Part shown: one piece after another, positions 18,758 through 28,513 of the stretch
How positions within the stretch are numbered: position 1 is the stretch's first letter
How the letters are laid out: every line of letters starts with the position of its first letter
Source of the DNA: a bacterium
GTDB lineage: Bacteria; Patescibacteriota; Dojkabacteria; JAKAPS01; JAJZLI01
DNA: 64,000 nucleotides
Assembly: GCA_021846685.1 (NCBI GenBank)
Contig: JAJZWL010000003.1
Location: 17,700-81,699, forward strand
Direction of reading: 5' to 3'
Notes under the pieces: generated by a model
The model's input: the letters and a program-made list of their open reading frames with translations, nothing else
Databases searched by the model: none
What the model was told of the DNA's origin: nothing
Translations under genes and position numbers: made by a program

Positions 18758-20905
18758 ATGTCAAAAAGTTTAATAATAGTAGAATCTCCAACAAAAGCAG
18801 TAACCTTGTCTAAATTTTTAGATAAAGATTATACTGTTATTGCAACGAAAGGTCATATAGAAGATCTTCCAAAGAGTAAATTCGGTATAGATGTAGATAA
18901 TCATTTTGCTCCAGAATATACTATATTAAAAGATAAAGAAAAATTATTAAAAGAAATTCAAAAAGGTGTAAATAATGCAGATGATGTCTATATCGCAACA
19001 GATCCTGATAGAGAGGGGGAGGCTATTGGCTGGCATTTATTACAAAATTTAAAGTTAGATAATAAAAAAGTTCTAAGAATAACTTTTCACGAAATAACAA
19101 AAAATGCTTTGTTAGAAGCTTTGAAAAATGCTCATGATTTGAATTATGATTTAGTTAATTCTCAAGTAGCAAGAAGAGTTTTAGATAGGGTTGTTGGGTA
19201 TAAATTGTCACCACTATTGTGGGAAAAAATTAGATATGGATTGTCTGCTGGTAGAGTACAGTCAGCGGCTTTAAAATTAATAGTTGATAGAGAAAAAGAA
19301 ATTCAAGCATTTCAAACTAATGAATATTGGAATATAACTTCTGATTTTAATATTAATTCTATTGTAATAACTTTTAATTTAAACAAACTTAATTCTAAAA
19401 AGATTCAGATTAATAATGAAGATGAAGCAAATAATATTTTAAAAGATATCTCATCAGGTAAATCTCATTTAAAAGAGATAAAAAATACTCAAATAAAAAA
19501 TAATCCTAAGCCTCCATATACAACTTCTACATTGCAACAAGATGCTAATTTGAAAATAGGATTTTCTTCTAAAAAAACTATGATGATAGCTCAGATGTTA
19601 TATGAAGGATTAGATATCAATGGAGAAAATGTTGGGTTAATAACTTATATGAGAACAGATTCTGTATCATTGTCTGATAATTCTATTAATGAAATAAGAA
19701 GTTTTGTTTCAAAAGAATATCCAAAAGAGTATTTACCTAATAGTAAAAATGTTTATAAGGTGAAAACTAAATTAGCTCAAGAGGCTCATGAAGCAATCAG
19801 ACCTTCAGATATATCTAAGATTCCAGATAAAATTAAAAAATATTTAACTCCAGACCAATATAAATTATATAAATTAATATGGTCTAGAGCTATTGCTTCT
19901 CAAATGAATCCTGCTATTTACAATAATAAAAAATTACTTTTAGATGTAAAATTAGAAAAAGAAAAGAAAATTTATGATTTCTCTTCAAATTTTTCAGATT
20001 TAGCTTTTGATGGATATAAAATTATATATAATGATGATAATAAAAAAGAGAATGATAATATTATTAAGTTTCCGTTCAATGTTCTTTCTGAGATTAAAAG
20101 TGTTTTATTTATAAAGTCAGATAAATCACAGCATTTTACAGAACCTCCTGCTAGATATAATGACGCTTCATTAATCAAAAAATGTGAAGAATCAGGAATA
20201 GGAAGGCCTTCGACTTACTCATCTATAATCTCTACTTTAATTAATAGAACATATATAGAGAGAAAAGAAAGACATTTTATCCCTACAGATACAGGGATGG
20301 TAGTCAGTGATTTTTTAGAAAAATATTTTTCTAATATAGTAGATATTAATTTTACTTCTAATATGGAAGATGATTTAGATAAGGTAGCTTCTGGAAAACT
20401 TAATTGGGAAAAAGTTGTTTCTGATTTTTACTATCCATTTGACAAAGATATATTAAAAAAAGAAAAAACTATAGAAAAAAGTGATGTAACTAATTTAGGA
20501 AAATCTGATGAAAAATGTCCTGAGTGTGGCTCTGATATGTTTATTAAATTAGGCAGATATGGGAAGTTTTTAAGTTGTTCTAGATATCCTGATTGTAAGG
20601 GTATGAAATCTATGGTTGAAATTGAGGTACAAGAGGTAGATGAAAAATGTCCTGAGTGTGGCTCTGAATTAGTCTTAAAAAAAGGTAGATTTGGAGATTT
20701 TTTTGCTTGTTCTAGATATCCTGATTGTAAATATACAAAATCTTTAAAAAATAAAGAAAAGAAAATTTTAGAATTATCTTGCCCTGATTGTGGTGAAGGA
20801 AAAATAGTTGAATTAAGAAACAAAAGAGGTCAAATATTTTATGGATGTAGTAATTATCCGAAATGTCATTTTACTTCCAATAATTTAGATAAAATTAAAT
20901 CATAA
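18758..20905 (+). CDS. topA: DNA topoisomerase I with three C-terminal Zn ribbons
   Basis: IVESPTK, ATDPDREGE, SAGRVQS, ITYMRTD and AHEAIRP motifs. Confidence 0.98.
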   Translation: MSKSLIIVESPTKAVTLSKFLDKDYTVIATKGHIEDLPKSKFGIDVDNHFAPEYTILKDKEKLLKEIQKGVNNADDVYIATDPDREGEAIGWHLLQNLKLDNKKVLRITFHEITKNALLEALKNAHDLNYDLVNSQVARRVLDRVVGYKLSPLLWEKIRYGLSAGRVQSAALKLIVDREKEIQAFQTNEYWNITSDFNINSIVITFNLNKLNSKKIQINNEDEANNILKDISSGKSHLKEIKNTQIKNNPKPPYTTSTLQQDANLKIGFSSKKTMMIAQMLYEGLDINGENVGLITYMRTDSVSLSDNSINEIRSFVSKEYPKEYLPNSKNVYKVKTKLAQEAHEAIRPSDISKIPDKIKKYLTPDQYKLYKLIWSRAIASQMNPAIYNNKKLLLDVKLEKEKKIYDFSSNFSDLAFDGYKIIYNDDNKKENDNIIKFPFNVLSEIKSVLFIKSDKSQHFTEPPARYNDASLIKKCEESGIGRPSTYSSIISTLINRTYIERKERHFIPTDTGMVVSDFLEKYFSNIVDINFTSNMEDDLDKVASGKLNWEKVVSDFYYPFDKDILKKEKTIEKSDVTNLGKSDEKCPECGSDMFIKLGRYGKFLSCSRYPDCKGMKSMVEIEVQEVDEKCPECGSELVLKKGRFGDFFACSRYPDCKYTKSLKNKEKKILELSCPDCGEGKIVELRNKRGQIFYGCSNYPKCHFTSNNLDKIKS
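20507..20730 (+). repeat. Exact nucleotide direct repeats in the topA Zn-ribbon region (132-bp period)
   Basis: A 29-nt block at 20507-20535 equals 20639-20667; a 24-nt block at 20575-20598 equals 20707-20730. Confidence 0.9.
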
Positions 20906-21006
20906 AGTGAAGTTCAGTATAATTTACTAAAGAAATTAAATGTAACTATAGATGCTGATATAAATTATGTTTGTTTTGCCACTAATTTGTCATACATATT
21001 TATAGA

Positions 21007-21095
21007 TGTTATAATTATTTCATTAATTTATATCATACACACTTAAATATCTCTTTGCTTAGTATACTAAGGCTATTTTTAAGTGGAAGTTTAAA
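21007..21095 (+). promoter_or_regulatory. rpsB extended -10 promoter and S2 leader (t44-like) RNA
   Basis: TGTTATAAT at 21007-21015. The ACACACTTAAA...TTTAAGTGGAAG stem resembles the rpsB leader architecture. Confidence 0.6.
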
Positions 21096-21104
21096 GGAGA
21101 AAAT

Positions 21105-21782
21105 ATGGAAATAACATTACAAGATCTACTTCAAGCAGGAGTTCACTTTGGTCATCAAACTAAAAGGTGGAATCCTAAAATGAAAAAATATATATATACC
21201 TCAGTTAGTAATTCTCACATAATAAATCTAGATATGACATTAGATTTATTGAATGACGCTGTTAAGTTCTTATTAACATTAGATCCTAAAAATATATTAT
21301 TTGTTGGAACAAAAAAACAAATACAAGATATTGTTAAAGATAAAGCTATGTTAATAAATTCTTTTTATATAAATGAAAGATGGCCTGGTGGTCTTTTGAC
21401 TAACTTTAAAACAATATCATTAAGTTTAAAAAAGATAGATGAGTATGATAAATTATTATCAGAAGATCCTGCAAATAGTGGAAGAACAAAATTAGAAATT
21501 TTGAAAATATCAGAAGACAGATCTAAATTATTAAGAATATATGGAGGTATTAGAGGAATTTCTCAAAAATTAGATGCAATTGTTGTTGTAGATGTTAAGA
21601 TAGAACAAGTAGCTATTAAAGAAGCAAAAAAATTGGGAATTCCTATAGTTGCAATAGTAGATACTAATGTAGATCCAGATCTTATTGATTATCCTATTCC
21701 AGGGAATGATGATGGTATAAAATCTGTAGATTTGCTATTGAGTTATATTGTTAATAATATTAAAAATAAAAAAAAGGAGTAA
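21105..21782 (+). CDS. rpsB: 30S ribosomal protein S2
   Basis: AGVHFGHQTKRWNPKM and DYPIPGNDD motifs. Confidence 0.98.
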   Translation: MEITLQDLLQAGVHFGHQTKRWNPKMKKYIYTSVSNSHIINLDMTLDLLNDAVKFLLTLDPKNILFVGTKKQIQDIVKDKAMLINSFYINERWPGGLLTNFKTISLSLKKIDEYDKLLSEDPANSGRTKLEILKISEDRSKLLRIYGGIRGISQKLDAIVVVDVKIEQVAIKEAKKLGIPIVAIVDTNVDPDLIDYPIPGNDDGIKSVDLLLSYIVNNIKNKKKE

Positions 21783-21786
21783 TAAT

Positions 21787-22380
21787 ATGAGTATAGATTT
21801 GAATTTAATAAGGCAATTGAGAGATATGACTGGAGCAGGGGTTAATGATTGTAAAAAAGCCCTTGAAGAAGCCTCTAATAATTTAGAAGAAGCAGTTAAG
21901 ATTTTAAGAAAAAATGGAATATCTAAGTCACTATCTAAAAGTAGTAGAGAAGTGACTGAGGGATGGATTGGAAGTTATATCCATCATAATGGAAAATTAG
22001 CTTCATTAGTTATTTTAAAATGTGAAACTGATTTTGTGGCTAGAACAGATATTTTTAAAGATTTAGCTCATTCTTTAGCAGTACAGGTGGTAACTTCAGA
22101 TCCTATTTATATTTCTAGGGATGATGTTCCAAAAGAAGTATTAGATAAAGAAATTGAAATGATCAAAGAAGATAAAAATTTTGGTGATAAGAAAAAAGAT
22201 GTTCAGGATAAGATGATTGAAGGTAAGTTAGAAAGAATGTATTCTGAAATATGTTTTATGGATCAACCTTTTTATAAAGATGATAAGATAAAAGTTTCTG
22301 ATGTTATAACTGAAGCTATTTCAAAAACAGGAGAAAATATAAAGATACAAAAGTTTGTTAGGTTTGAGTTAGGTAGTTAA
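21787..22380 (+). CDS. tsf: Elongation factor Ts (short form)
   Basis: LRDMTGAG..DCKKAL and CETDFVA motifs. The likely start is the ATG at 21787, after an AAGGAG SD. Confidence 0.96.
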   Translation: MSIDLNLIRQLRDMTGAGVNDCKKALEEASNNLEEAVKILRKNGISKSLSKSSREVTEGWIGSYIHHNGKLASLVILKCETDFVARTDIFKDLAHSLAVQVVTSDPIYISRDDVPKEVLDKEIEMIKEDKNFGDKKKDVQDKMIEGKLERMYSEICFMDQPFYKDDKIKVSDVITEAISKTGENIKIQKFVRFELGS

Positions 22381-22928
22381 TGGATACAAAAGAGTTTAAA
22401 GGTAAAATATTAAAAAATATTGATTTTTTTTCTCAAGATATAAAGTCTTTAAATACAGGAAAAGCTAATATTTCATTAATTGAAGATATTAAGGTTGCTG
22501 CATATTCGAGTTTAATGCCATTATCTCAAATAGCAACTCTTACGACTCCAGAATTTAATACAATATTAATTCAACCTTGGGATAAATTAAATATAGATCC
22601 TATTTATAATGCCTTGATAAGTTCTAATATTGGATTAAATCCTATAAAGTCAGTAGATGAAATAAGACTTCCAATTCCTCCTTTAAGCGAGGAAAGAAGA
22701 AAAGAGTATGTTAAACTATTAAGTACAAAATTAGAGAATTCTAGAATTTCAATAAGAAATATTAGAAAGGATTTTTTAAATCATTTAAAAAATCAAGAAG
22801 AAAAGAAAGAGATTAGTGAGAGTGAAGAAGAGAGGATAGAAGAAGATATTGAAAAGATTATACAGGATAGTAATGAAGAATTGAATAAGATATATGAACA
22901 TAAGAAACAAGAACTTTTAACCATATAA
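22380..22928 (+). CDS. frr: Ribosome recycling factor
   Basis: TGKAN, IQPWD and PPLSEERRKE motifs. Confidence 0.95.
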   Translation: MDTKEFKGKILKNIDFFSQDIKSLNTGKANISLIEDIKVAAYSSLMPLSQIATLTTPEFNTILIQPWDKLNIDPIYNALISSNIGLNPIKSVDEIRLPIPPLSEERRKEYVKLLSTKLENSRISIRNIRKDFLNHLKNQEEKKEISESEEERIEEDIEKIIQDSNEELNKIYEHKKQELLTI

Positions 22929-22932
22929 TAAT

Positions 22933-24087
22933 ATGATATACGTAATAACTCTTATAATTTTCATAATATTATTAAGCTTTTTAATAATAATTCATGAGTG
23001 GGGACATATGTATGTTGCCTTGAAAAGAGGAGTTATTGTGCAAAGTTTTGCAATAGGATTTGGGCCTAAACTTTTTTCATTTACTAAGAATGGTGTAGAG
23101 TACAGAATAAATATTTTGCCCTTTGGTGGTTATGTTAGTTTATTTGGAGATGATGATCCAACTAAAAAATTAAAAGGCTCTTTGTCTGCAGCAACTCCAC
23201 TAACTAAATTTTTGATAACTATAGCAGGTGTGTTCATGAATTTTATCTTTGCTGTGATAGCTTTATTTGTATTTTTAATTTTTATTAATTTTAAGTTTTA
23301 TTATTCTAATATTATTCCTAATTTTCATTTTACATTTGGAACTAATGTAAATAATATATTATTCTCGCCAATACCTCATAATAAAACTTCCTCTTTGTCT
23401 AAAGATCACGTTAAACCTGGGGTATATATTATAAATAGGGTTAATAATGTTAATATAAATTCAATTAGTCAGTTGGAAAATATAGTTTCGAAGAACAAGG
23501 GAAAATATTTGAAATTTAATTATTCTAATGTAAATAATTTGAGTCTTTTTGGTATTTCAATCGGAAAATCTTACAATAAAGAATTTTTATCTAGAAAAAG
23601 TTATCCGAAAAATTCAGGGCCAGTAGGTATTTCTATTGAAAAAATATCGCATATAGAATTTAACTCTATTTTATCTAAAATAGGCGCATTAGTGACCTTT
23701 CCATATGATGTACTACAATTAACATTTCAGGGATTCTCTTATCTTATTCATGAATCTATAAAGCAAAATAATTCTAAAATTTTAACTAGTCAGGTTGCAG
23801 GACCAGTTGGTATCTATATGTATACTAATATATTATTTCAGAATGATGGATTAGTAGGTATTATTTTTATATTTGGAATAATATCGTTATCATTGTCAAT
23901 TATGAATTTACTACCAATACCTCCTTTAGATGGATTTTATGTATTATTGGCTATTTTAGAAGGAGTTTTCTCTATCAAAATAAATGATAAGTTAATGTAT
24001 TATTTATCTATAATAGGAGTAGTATTCTTTATCATATTAATGATATTAGTTACCCTAAATGACTTAATAAATTTTAAAATAATATAA
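22933..24087 (+). CDS. rseP: RseP-like M50 intramembrane metalloprotease
   Basis: HEWGH, FAIGFGP, PFGGYV and NLLPIPPLDG motifs. Confidence 0.9.
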   Translation: MIYVITLIIFIILLSFLIIIHEWGHMYVALKRGVIVQSFAIGFGPKLFSFTKNGVEYRINILPFGGYVSLFGDDDPTKKLKGSLSAATPLTKFLITIAGVFMNFIFAVIALFVFLIFINFKFYYSNIIPNFHFTFGTNVNNILFSPIPHNKTSSLSKDHVKPGVYIINRVNNVNINSISQLENIVSKNKGKYLKFNYSNVNNLSLFGISIGKSYNKEFLSRKSYPKNSGPVGISIEKISHIEFNSILSKIGALVTFPYDVLQLTFQGFSYLIHESIKQNNSKILTSQVAGPVGIYMYTNILFQNDGLVGIIFIFGIISLSLSIMNLLPIPPLDGFYVLLAILEGVFSIKINDKLMYYLSIIGVVFFIILMILVTLNDLINFKII

Positions 24088-24145
24088 ATTTGTTGACATA
24101 ATATTTTTGTGATATACTACAATATGTGTTTTTATGTCTATATGC

Positions 24146-24487
24146 ATGGAAGATGTTTGTATATTTTGTAAAATTATAAGAAAAGAGATAGATTCAAATA
24201 TAATATTTGAAGATGATAAATTTATAGTTTTTTCAGATATCTCTCCTGTTGCAGAAATACATAAACTCATAGTTCCTAAAAAACATATAAATAATTTAAC
24301 TGATTTTAAAGATAATAGTCTGATTATTTATTGGGAAGATGTCATTAAAGTAATAAATAAATTAGTAGATATTTTAGAAGTTTCTAATTTTAAAATAGTT
24401 ATAAATAATGGCGATAAATTACAATTAGTTAAGCATTTACATTTGCATTTCCTTTCTGGAGAAAAAGTAAATGATAAAGTTAATTAG
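24146..24487 (+). CDS. HIT-family nucleotide hydrolase
   Basis: CIFCKII and HLHLH histidine triad. Confidence 0.9.
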   Translation: MEDVCIFCKIIRKEIDSNIIFEDDKFIVFSDISPVAEIHKLIVPKKHINNLTDFKDNSLIIYWEDVIKVINKLVDILEVSNFKIVINNGDKLQLVKHLHLHFLSGEKVNDKVN

Positions 24488-24501
24488 GAGGTGAATTAAA
24501 T

Positions 24502-24729
24502 ATGGCAATCATAGTAAGAGAAAATGAAGCATTTGAGTCTGCTTGGAGGCGTTTTACTCGAGAATTAATAAGTAATGGAGTTCTTGAAGAACTTAAAGAT
24601 AGAGCTTATTATAAAAAACCTTCAGTAGAAAGAACTGCTTTAAGAAGAGAATTTAAAAAAAGAAAAACAAAACATCATAGAGCTATGAGAAAAATTAGAA
24701 GTAAATATGGTAAAGGTTTTTCTATGTAA
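24502..24729 (+). CDS. rpsU: 30S ribosomal protein S21
   Basis: VRENEAFESAWRRF and YYKKPS motifs; strong SD AGGAGG. Confidence 0.9.
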   Translation: MAIIVRENEAFESAWRRFTRELISNGVLEELKDRAYYKKPSVERTALRREFKKRKTKHHRAMRKIRSKYGKGFSM

Positions 24730-24735
24730 TTAATT

Positions 24736-25176
24736 ATGTATAAAAAGTTACAAGAAGATTTAAAAGAAGCTATAAAAACAAAAGACAGAGATAGATTGTC
24801 TGTAATTAGGTTATTATCTTCTAAATTGAAAGATGAATCTATAAATTTGCATGTAAAAGAAATCAGTGATGATGTATTTTTTGATGTTTTGAAGAAATAT
24901 ATAAAACAAAATAAAGAGAATATTATAAATTATAATAATTTAAATAGAGAAGATTTGGCTAAAAAAGAAGAATATGAATTATCTATTTTAGAACTATATA
25001 TGCCAGTTCAACTCTCTGAAGATGAATTAATAGATATTATTAAAAAAGAAGTCAGTGGTATAGCAGATTTTTCTCAAAAAGATATAGGTGTAATCATTAA
25101 AAATATTACAGAAAAATATACAAATAGAGTAGATGGGAAAAGAATAAGTGATATTATTCGCAAATTATATTTATGA
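24736..25176 (+). CDS. yqeY: GatB/YqeY domain protein
   Basis: DLKEAIK..RLSVIR, YMPVQLSEDEL and DGK motifs; follows rpsU. Confidence 0.88.
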   Translation: MYKKLQEDLKEAIKTKDRDRLSVIRLLSSKLKDESINLHVKEISDDVFFDVLKKYIKQNKENIINYNNLNREDLAKKEEYELSILELYMPVQLSEDELIDIIKKEVSGIADFSQKDIGVIIKNITEKYTNRVDGKRISDIIRKLYL

Positions 25177-25589
25177 TATATCAAAGCTATAAAAACTTCT
25201 ATGATATAGATGAAAATAGATTTAATTATATATCTTCTTATGTTTTTAATTATCTCAATTTAGAAAAAAAACAATTTTCCTTATTTATTGTGGGAAAATC
25301 CAAAATAAGGAATTTAAATAAAATATATCATCATTTAGATACATATACCGATATAATATCTTTAGAATATAAGGACCCTTTTTATATCGGCGAAATTTTT
25401 ATTAGTCCTGATTTAGTACATAAGAATTCACAAAGATTTAACTGTACATTTTTTATAGAATTAGATAGAGTGTTTATACATGGACTCTTACATATATTAG
25501 GGTATAATCATATTAATACTTTAAATAATCATGAAAAAATGTTTATAATTCAGGAAGATATATTAAAAAAACTTAAATGGAATATTTAA
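25173..25589 (+). CDS. ybeY: rRNA maturation endoribonuclease YbeY
   Basis: TDIIS and HGLLHILGYNH motifs. Confidence 0.92.
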   Translation: MIYQSYKNFYDIDENRFNYISSYVFNYLNLEKKQFSLFIVGKSKIRNLNKIYHHLDTYTDIISLEYKDPFYIGEIFISPDLVHKNSQRFNCTFFIELDRVFIHGLLHILGYNHINTLNNHEKMFIIQEDILKKLKWNI

Positions 25590-26089
25590 TTATAGGTTTG
25601 GGAAATCCAGGAAATGAATATTTACATACAAGGCATAATTTAGGCTTTATTTTTGTAGATTTTATTGTAAATAAACTAGGACTTAATTCAAATGATTTTA
25701 GTTTTAATAAAAATTTTAATGCCGAGATATTAAAATATAATACTATCTTATTTTTAAAACCTATGACTTTTATGAATAATTCCGGATATTCAGTATCAAA
25801 GGCAATAAATTATTATGACTTTAAGAATATATATTTAATCTATGATGATTTAGATCTGCATTTAGGAGATTTTAAAATTGGCGAAAAAAGTCCTAAATCA
25901 CATAATGGAGTAATTTCAACCAAAGAACAAATTAATCAGGAATTTATTAGTATAAGAATTGGTATTAATTCTGATAGAAATCCAAATATTACGGGAGCAG
26001 ATTATGTTTTAGGAAAAATTTCTAAGGAAGAACAAGAAATACTAATTACAGTATTTGAAAATATAATTAAACAACTTACTTTTTTATAA
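25577..26089 (+). CDS. pth: Peptidyl-tRNA hydrolase
   Basis: GLGNPG..Y..TRHNLG, KPMTFMNNSG and HNG motifs. Confidence 0.95.
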   Translation: MEYLIIGLGNPGNEYLHTRHNLGFIFVDFIVNKLGLNSNDFSFNKNFNAEILKYNTILFLKPMTFMNNSGYSVSKAINYYDFKNIYLIYDDLDLHLGDFKIGEKSPKSHNGVISTKEQINQEFISIRIGINSDRNPNITGADYVLGKISKEEQEILITVFENIIKQLTFL

Positions 26090-26093
26090 AATT

Positions 26094-28478
26094 TTGAAAG
26101 ATAACAATATATTTAATATTCAAAATATTTTTGAATTAGATAGAAATTTTTCTAATTTAAAAAAAATGATAAATAATGATGTAGATTCATCTATTAAGGT
26201 GTCTGGCATACCTGAGCCTATTATATATTTTTTCCCTGAATTAGTAGAATCATTTTTAGAAAATTATTCATTTAGTTATTCATATAAAAATGTTCATTTT
26301 GATTATTTCATAATTGATAAAAAAACTACATATTCAGAATTATTAGAAATTTTAAGTAGTCTTTCTTTTTATGAAAAAGTAGATATTATAGATAATAATT
26401 CTGAATACTCTATTTTAGGTGACAAGATAGATATATCATTCAATAATATTATTTACAGATTTATATTCTTTGGAGAAGATTTGGAAGATATTTCTATAAG
26501 AGATTTTCTGACTTTTAAATACTTATTTTCAGTAGACAGAGTTTATCTCTATAAAGAAAGTGATATATATTTATCTTCTTTTCTTAAAAATCTATCAAAG
26601 ACATCAGTATATTTTTCAGAAGAACTGGATACTGCTGATCTGAAATTTGATTATATCTTATTTCCAAAGTATTATTTATCTTATGAAAATTTATCTAGAT
26701 TTATTCCGGAAGGTATAGATAATATAATAATATCTAGTTCTAAGGGTAATATAGAAGAAGAGTATTTCAAAAATAAAAAAATTATATATACAAATTTAAA
26801 TTTTCCATGTGGTTTTTATTCTTTAAATTCAAAATGTGCAATATTGACTGATGTTGAATTATATGGAGAATTTAATTTAAATATCTATAGAAGTAAAAAA
26901 AGTAAACGTATAGTAACAGATTTTATAGATGGAAAGATTTATGAAGGTGATTATATTGTCCATATAAATCATGGTATTGGTATTTTTAAGGGTATTATAT
27001 CTAAAAAAATTAATAATGAATCAAAAGATTTTTTAATAATAGAATATGCAAATGAGGATAAATTGTTTATTCCAATTGAAATTTCAGATAGAATAACCAA
27101 ATATATTTCATCGTATAATAAAAAGCCTAAATTAACGCGACTAGGTACTTCAGAATGGCTCAATATTAAGAAAAAAGTTTCTAAAGAGATAGAAGATATA
27201 GCAAAAGAGATAATATTTACTCATGCTCAAAGAAATATTGCAAAAAGATCTTTTCTGTATACCCCAAGTGATTTAGAAGATGAATTTAATGCTCAATTTG
27301 AGCATATAGAAACAAGTGATCAGTTATTAGCTATAGATGATGTAAGAAAAGATATGTATTCTGAAAAAATTATGGATAGGTTAATAGTAGGAGATGTAGG
27401 GTTTGGTAAAACTGAAGTAGCAGCAAGAGCTTCATTTATAGCAGTGATCAATGATAAGCAAGTTTTAATTGTGGCCCCAACAACTATATTGGTAGAGCAA
27501 CATTATCAGGTATTTCGAAAAAGATTTTCTTCATTTCCAGTTAACATAGCATCTTTAAGTCGAAATACAAGGGCAAAAGATAGAAAAGATATTCATAATA
27601 AGATCAAAAGTGGAGAATTAGATATATTAATTTCTACTCATAAAGCATTTTTTGAGAATTTAGAGTTTAAAAATTTAGGATTAATAGTTGTAGATGAAGA
27701 GCAACGATTTGGTGTTAAGCAAAAAGAAAAATTAAAAAATATAAAAATAGATGTAGATTATTTATCAATGACTGCCACTCCTATTCCTAGAACTTTATAT
27801 TCTGCGTTTACAGGAATAAAAGATATTAGTATCATATCAACCCCTCCAGTAGGGAGAACCTCTATTAAAACAGATATAATAGATTTTGATATAAAGAATT
27901 TTGGAGAAATAGTTAATCTTGAAATTAGGAGAGGTGGGCAAGTATTTTTTTTACATAATAATATATCTACTTTATATAATATAAAGAGTTTATTTAATAA
28001 TTATTATCCAAATATCAAAATTGAAATAGCTTTTGGTGCTATAAATAATTTAGATAATATTTTGTCTCGATTCAAGAATAAAGAATTTGATATGCTTATC
28101 TCTACTTCTATTATAGAGAATGGAATAGATTTTCCTAATGTAAATACTATCATTATAAATCAAGCATTTAGATTTGGTTTAGCTCAGTTATATCAAATTA
28201 GGGGTAGAGTAGGTAGGTCAGATCGATCATCCTATTGTTATTTAGTCTGTCCTCAAAAAATATTAATGAATAATAAAATTATTAAAGAAAGACTAAATAC
28301 TTTAGTGAAAAATCAAAATGTAGGGAGTGGTTTTAATATTTCTATTAAAGATTTGGAAATAAGAGGCGCAGGAGATTTGGTAGGAGTCAATCAACATGGT
28401 AATATATATAGAGTTGGGTTTGATTTATATTCTCAGATTTTACAAAAAATTATAGATGATATTAATGCTCAAAATTAA
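26094..28478 (+). CDS. mfd: Transcription-repair coupling factor, shortened
   Basis: RID (GDYIVHINHGIG), GDVGFGKTE, DEEQRFG, TATPIPRT, QIRGRVGR and DLEIRGAG motifs. No C-terminal D7 domain. Confidence 0.9.
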   Translation: MKDNNIFNIQNIFELDRNFSNLKKMINNDVDSSIKVSGIPEPIIYFFPELVESFLENYSFSYSYKNVHFDYFIIDKKTTYSELLEILSSLSFYEKVDIIDNNSEYSILGDKIDISFNNIIYRFIFFGEDLEDISIRDFLTFKYLFSVDRVYLYKESDIYLSSFLKNLSKTSVYFSEELDTADLKFDYILFPKYYLSYENLSRFIPEGIDNIIISSSKGNIEEEYFKNKKIIYTNLNFPCGFYSLNSKCAILTDVELYGEFNLNIYRSKKSKRIVTDFIDGKIYEGDYIVHINHGIGIFKGIISKKINNESKDFLIIEYANEDKLFIPIEISDRITKYISSYNKKPKLTRLGTSEWLNIKKKVSKEIEDIAKEIIFTHAQRNIAKRSFLYTPSDLEDEFNAQFEHIETSDQLLAIDDVRKDMYSEKIMDRLIVGDVGFGKTEVAARASFIAVINDKQVLIVAPTTILVEQHYQVFRKRFSSFPVNIASLSRNTRAKDRKDIHNKIKSGELDILISTHKAFFENLEFKNLGLIVVDEEQRFGVKQKEKLKNIKIDVDYLSMTATPIPRTLYSAFTGIKDISIISTPPVGRTSIKTDIIDFDIKNFGEIVNLEIRRGGQVFFLHNNISTLYNIKSLFNNYYPNIKIEIAFGAINNLDNILSRFKNKEFDMLISTSIIENGIDFPNVNTIIINQAFRFGLAQLYQIRGRVGRSDRSSYCYLVCPQKILMNNKIIKERLNTLVKNQNVGSGFNISIKDLEIRGAGDLVGVNQHGNIYRVGFDLYSQILQKIIDDINAQN

Positions 28479-28513
28479 TTCTTTTTTATGAATTTTTATT
28501 ATATAATAAGCCT

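Noticed and set aside
20507-20730. topA repeats as a DGR template/variable repeat pair or CRISPR
   Set aside because: The differences are not adenine-specific, no reverse transcriptase is nearby, and the repeats coincide with in-frame Zn-ribbon domains.
21787-22380. Short EF-Ts as a truncation
   Set aside because: The ~200-aa form is a well-known variant in many phyla.
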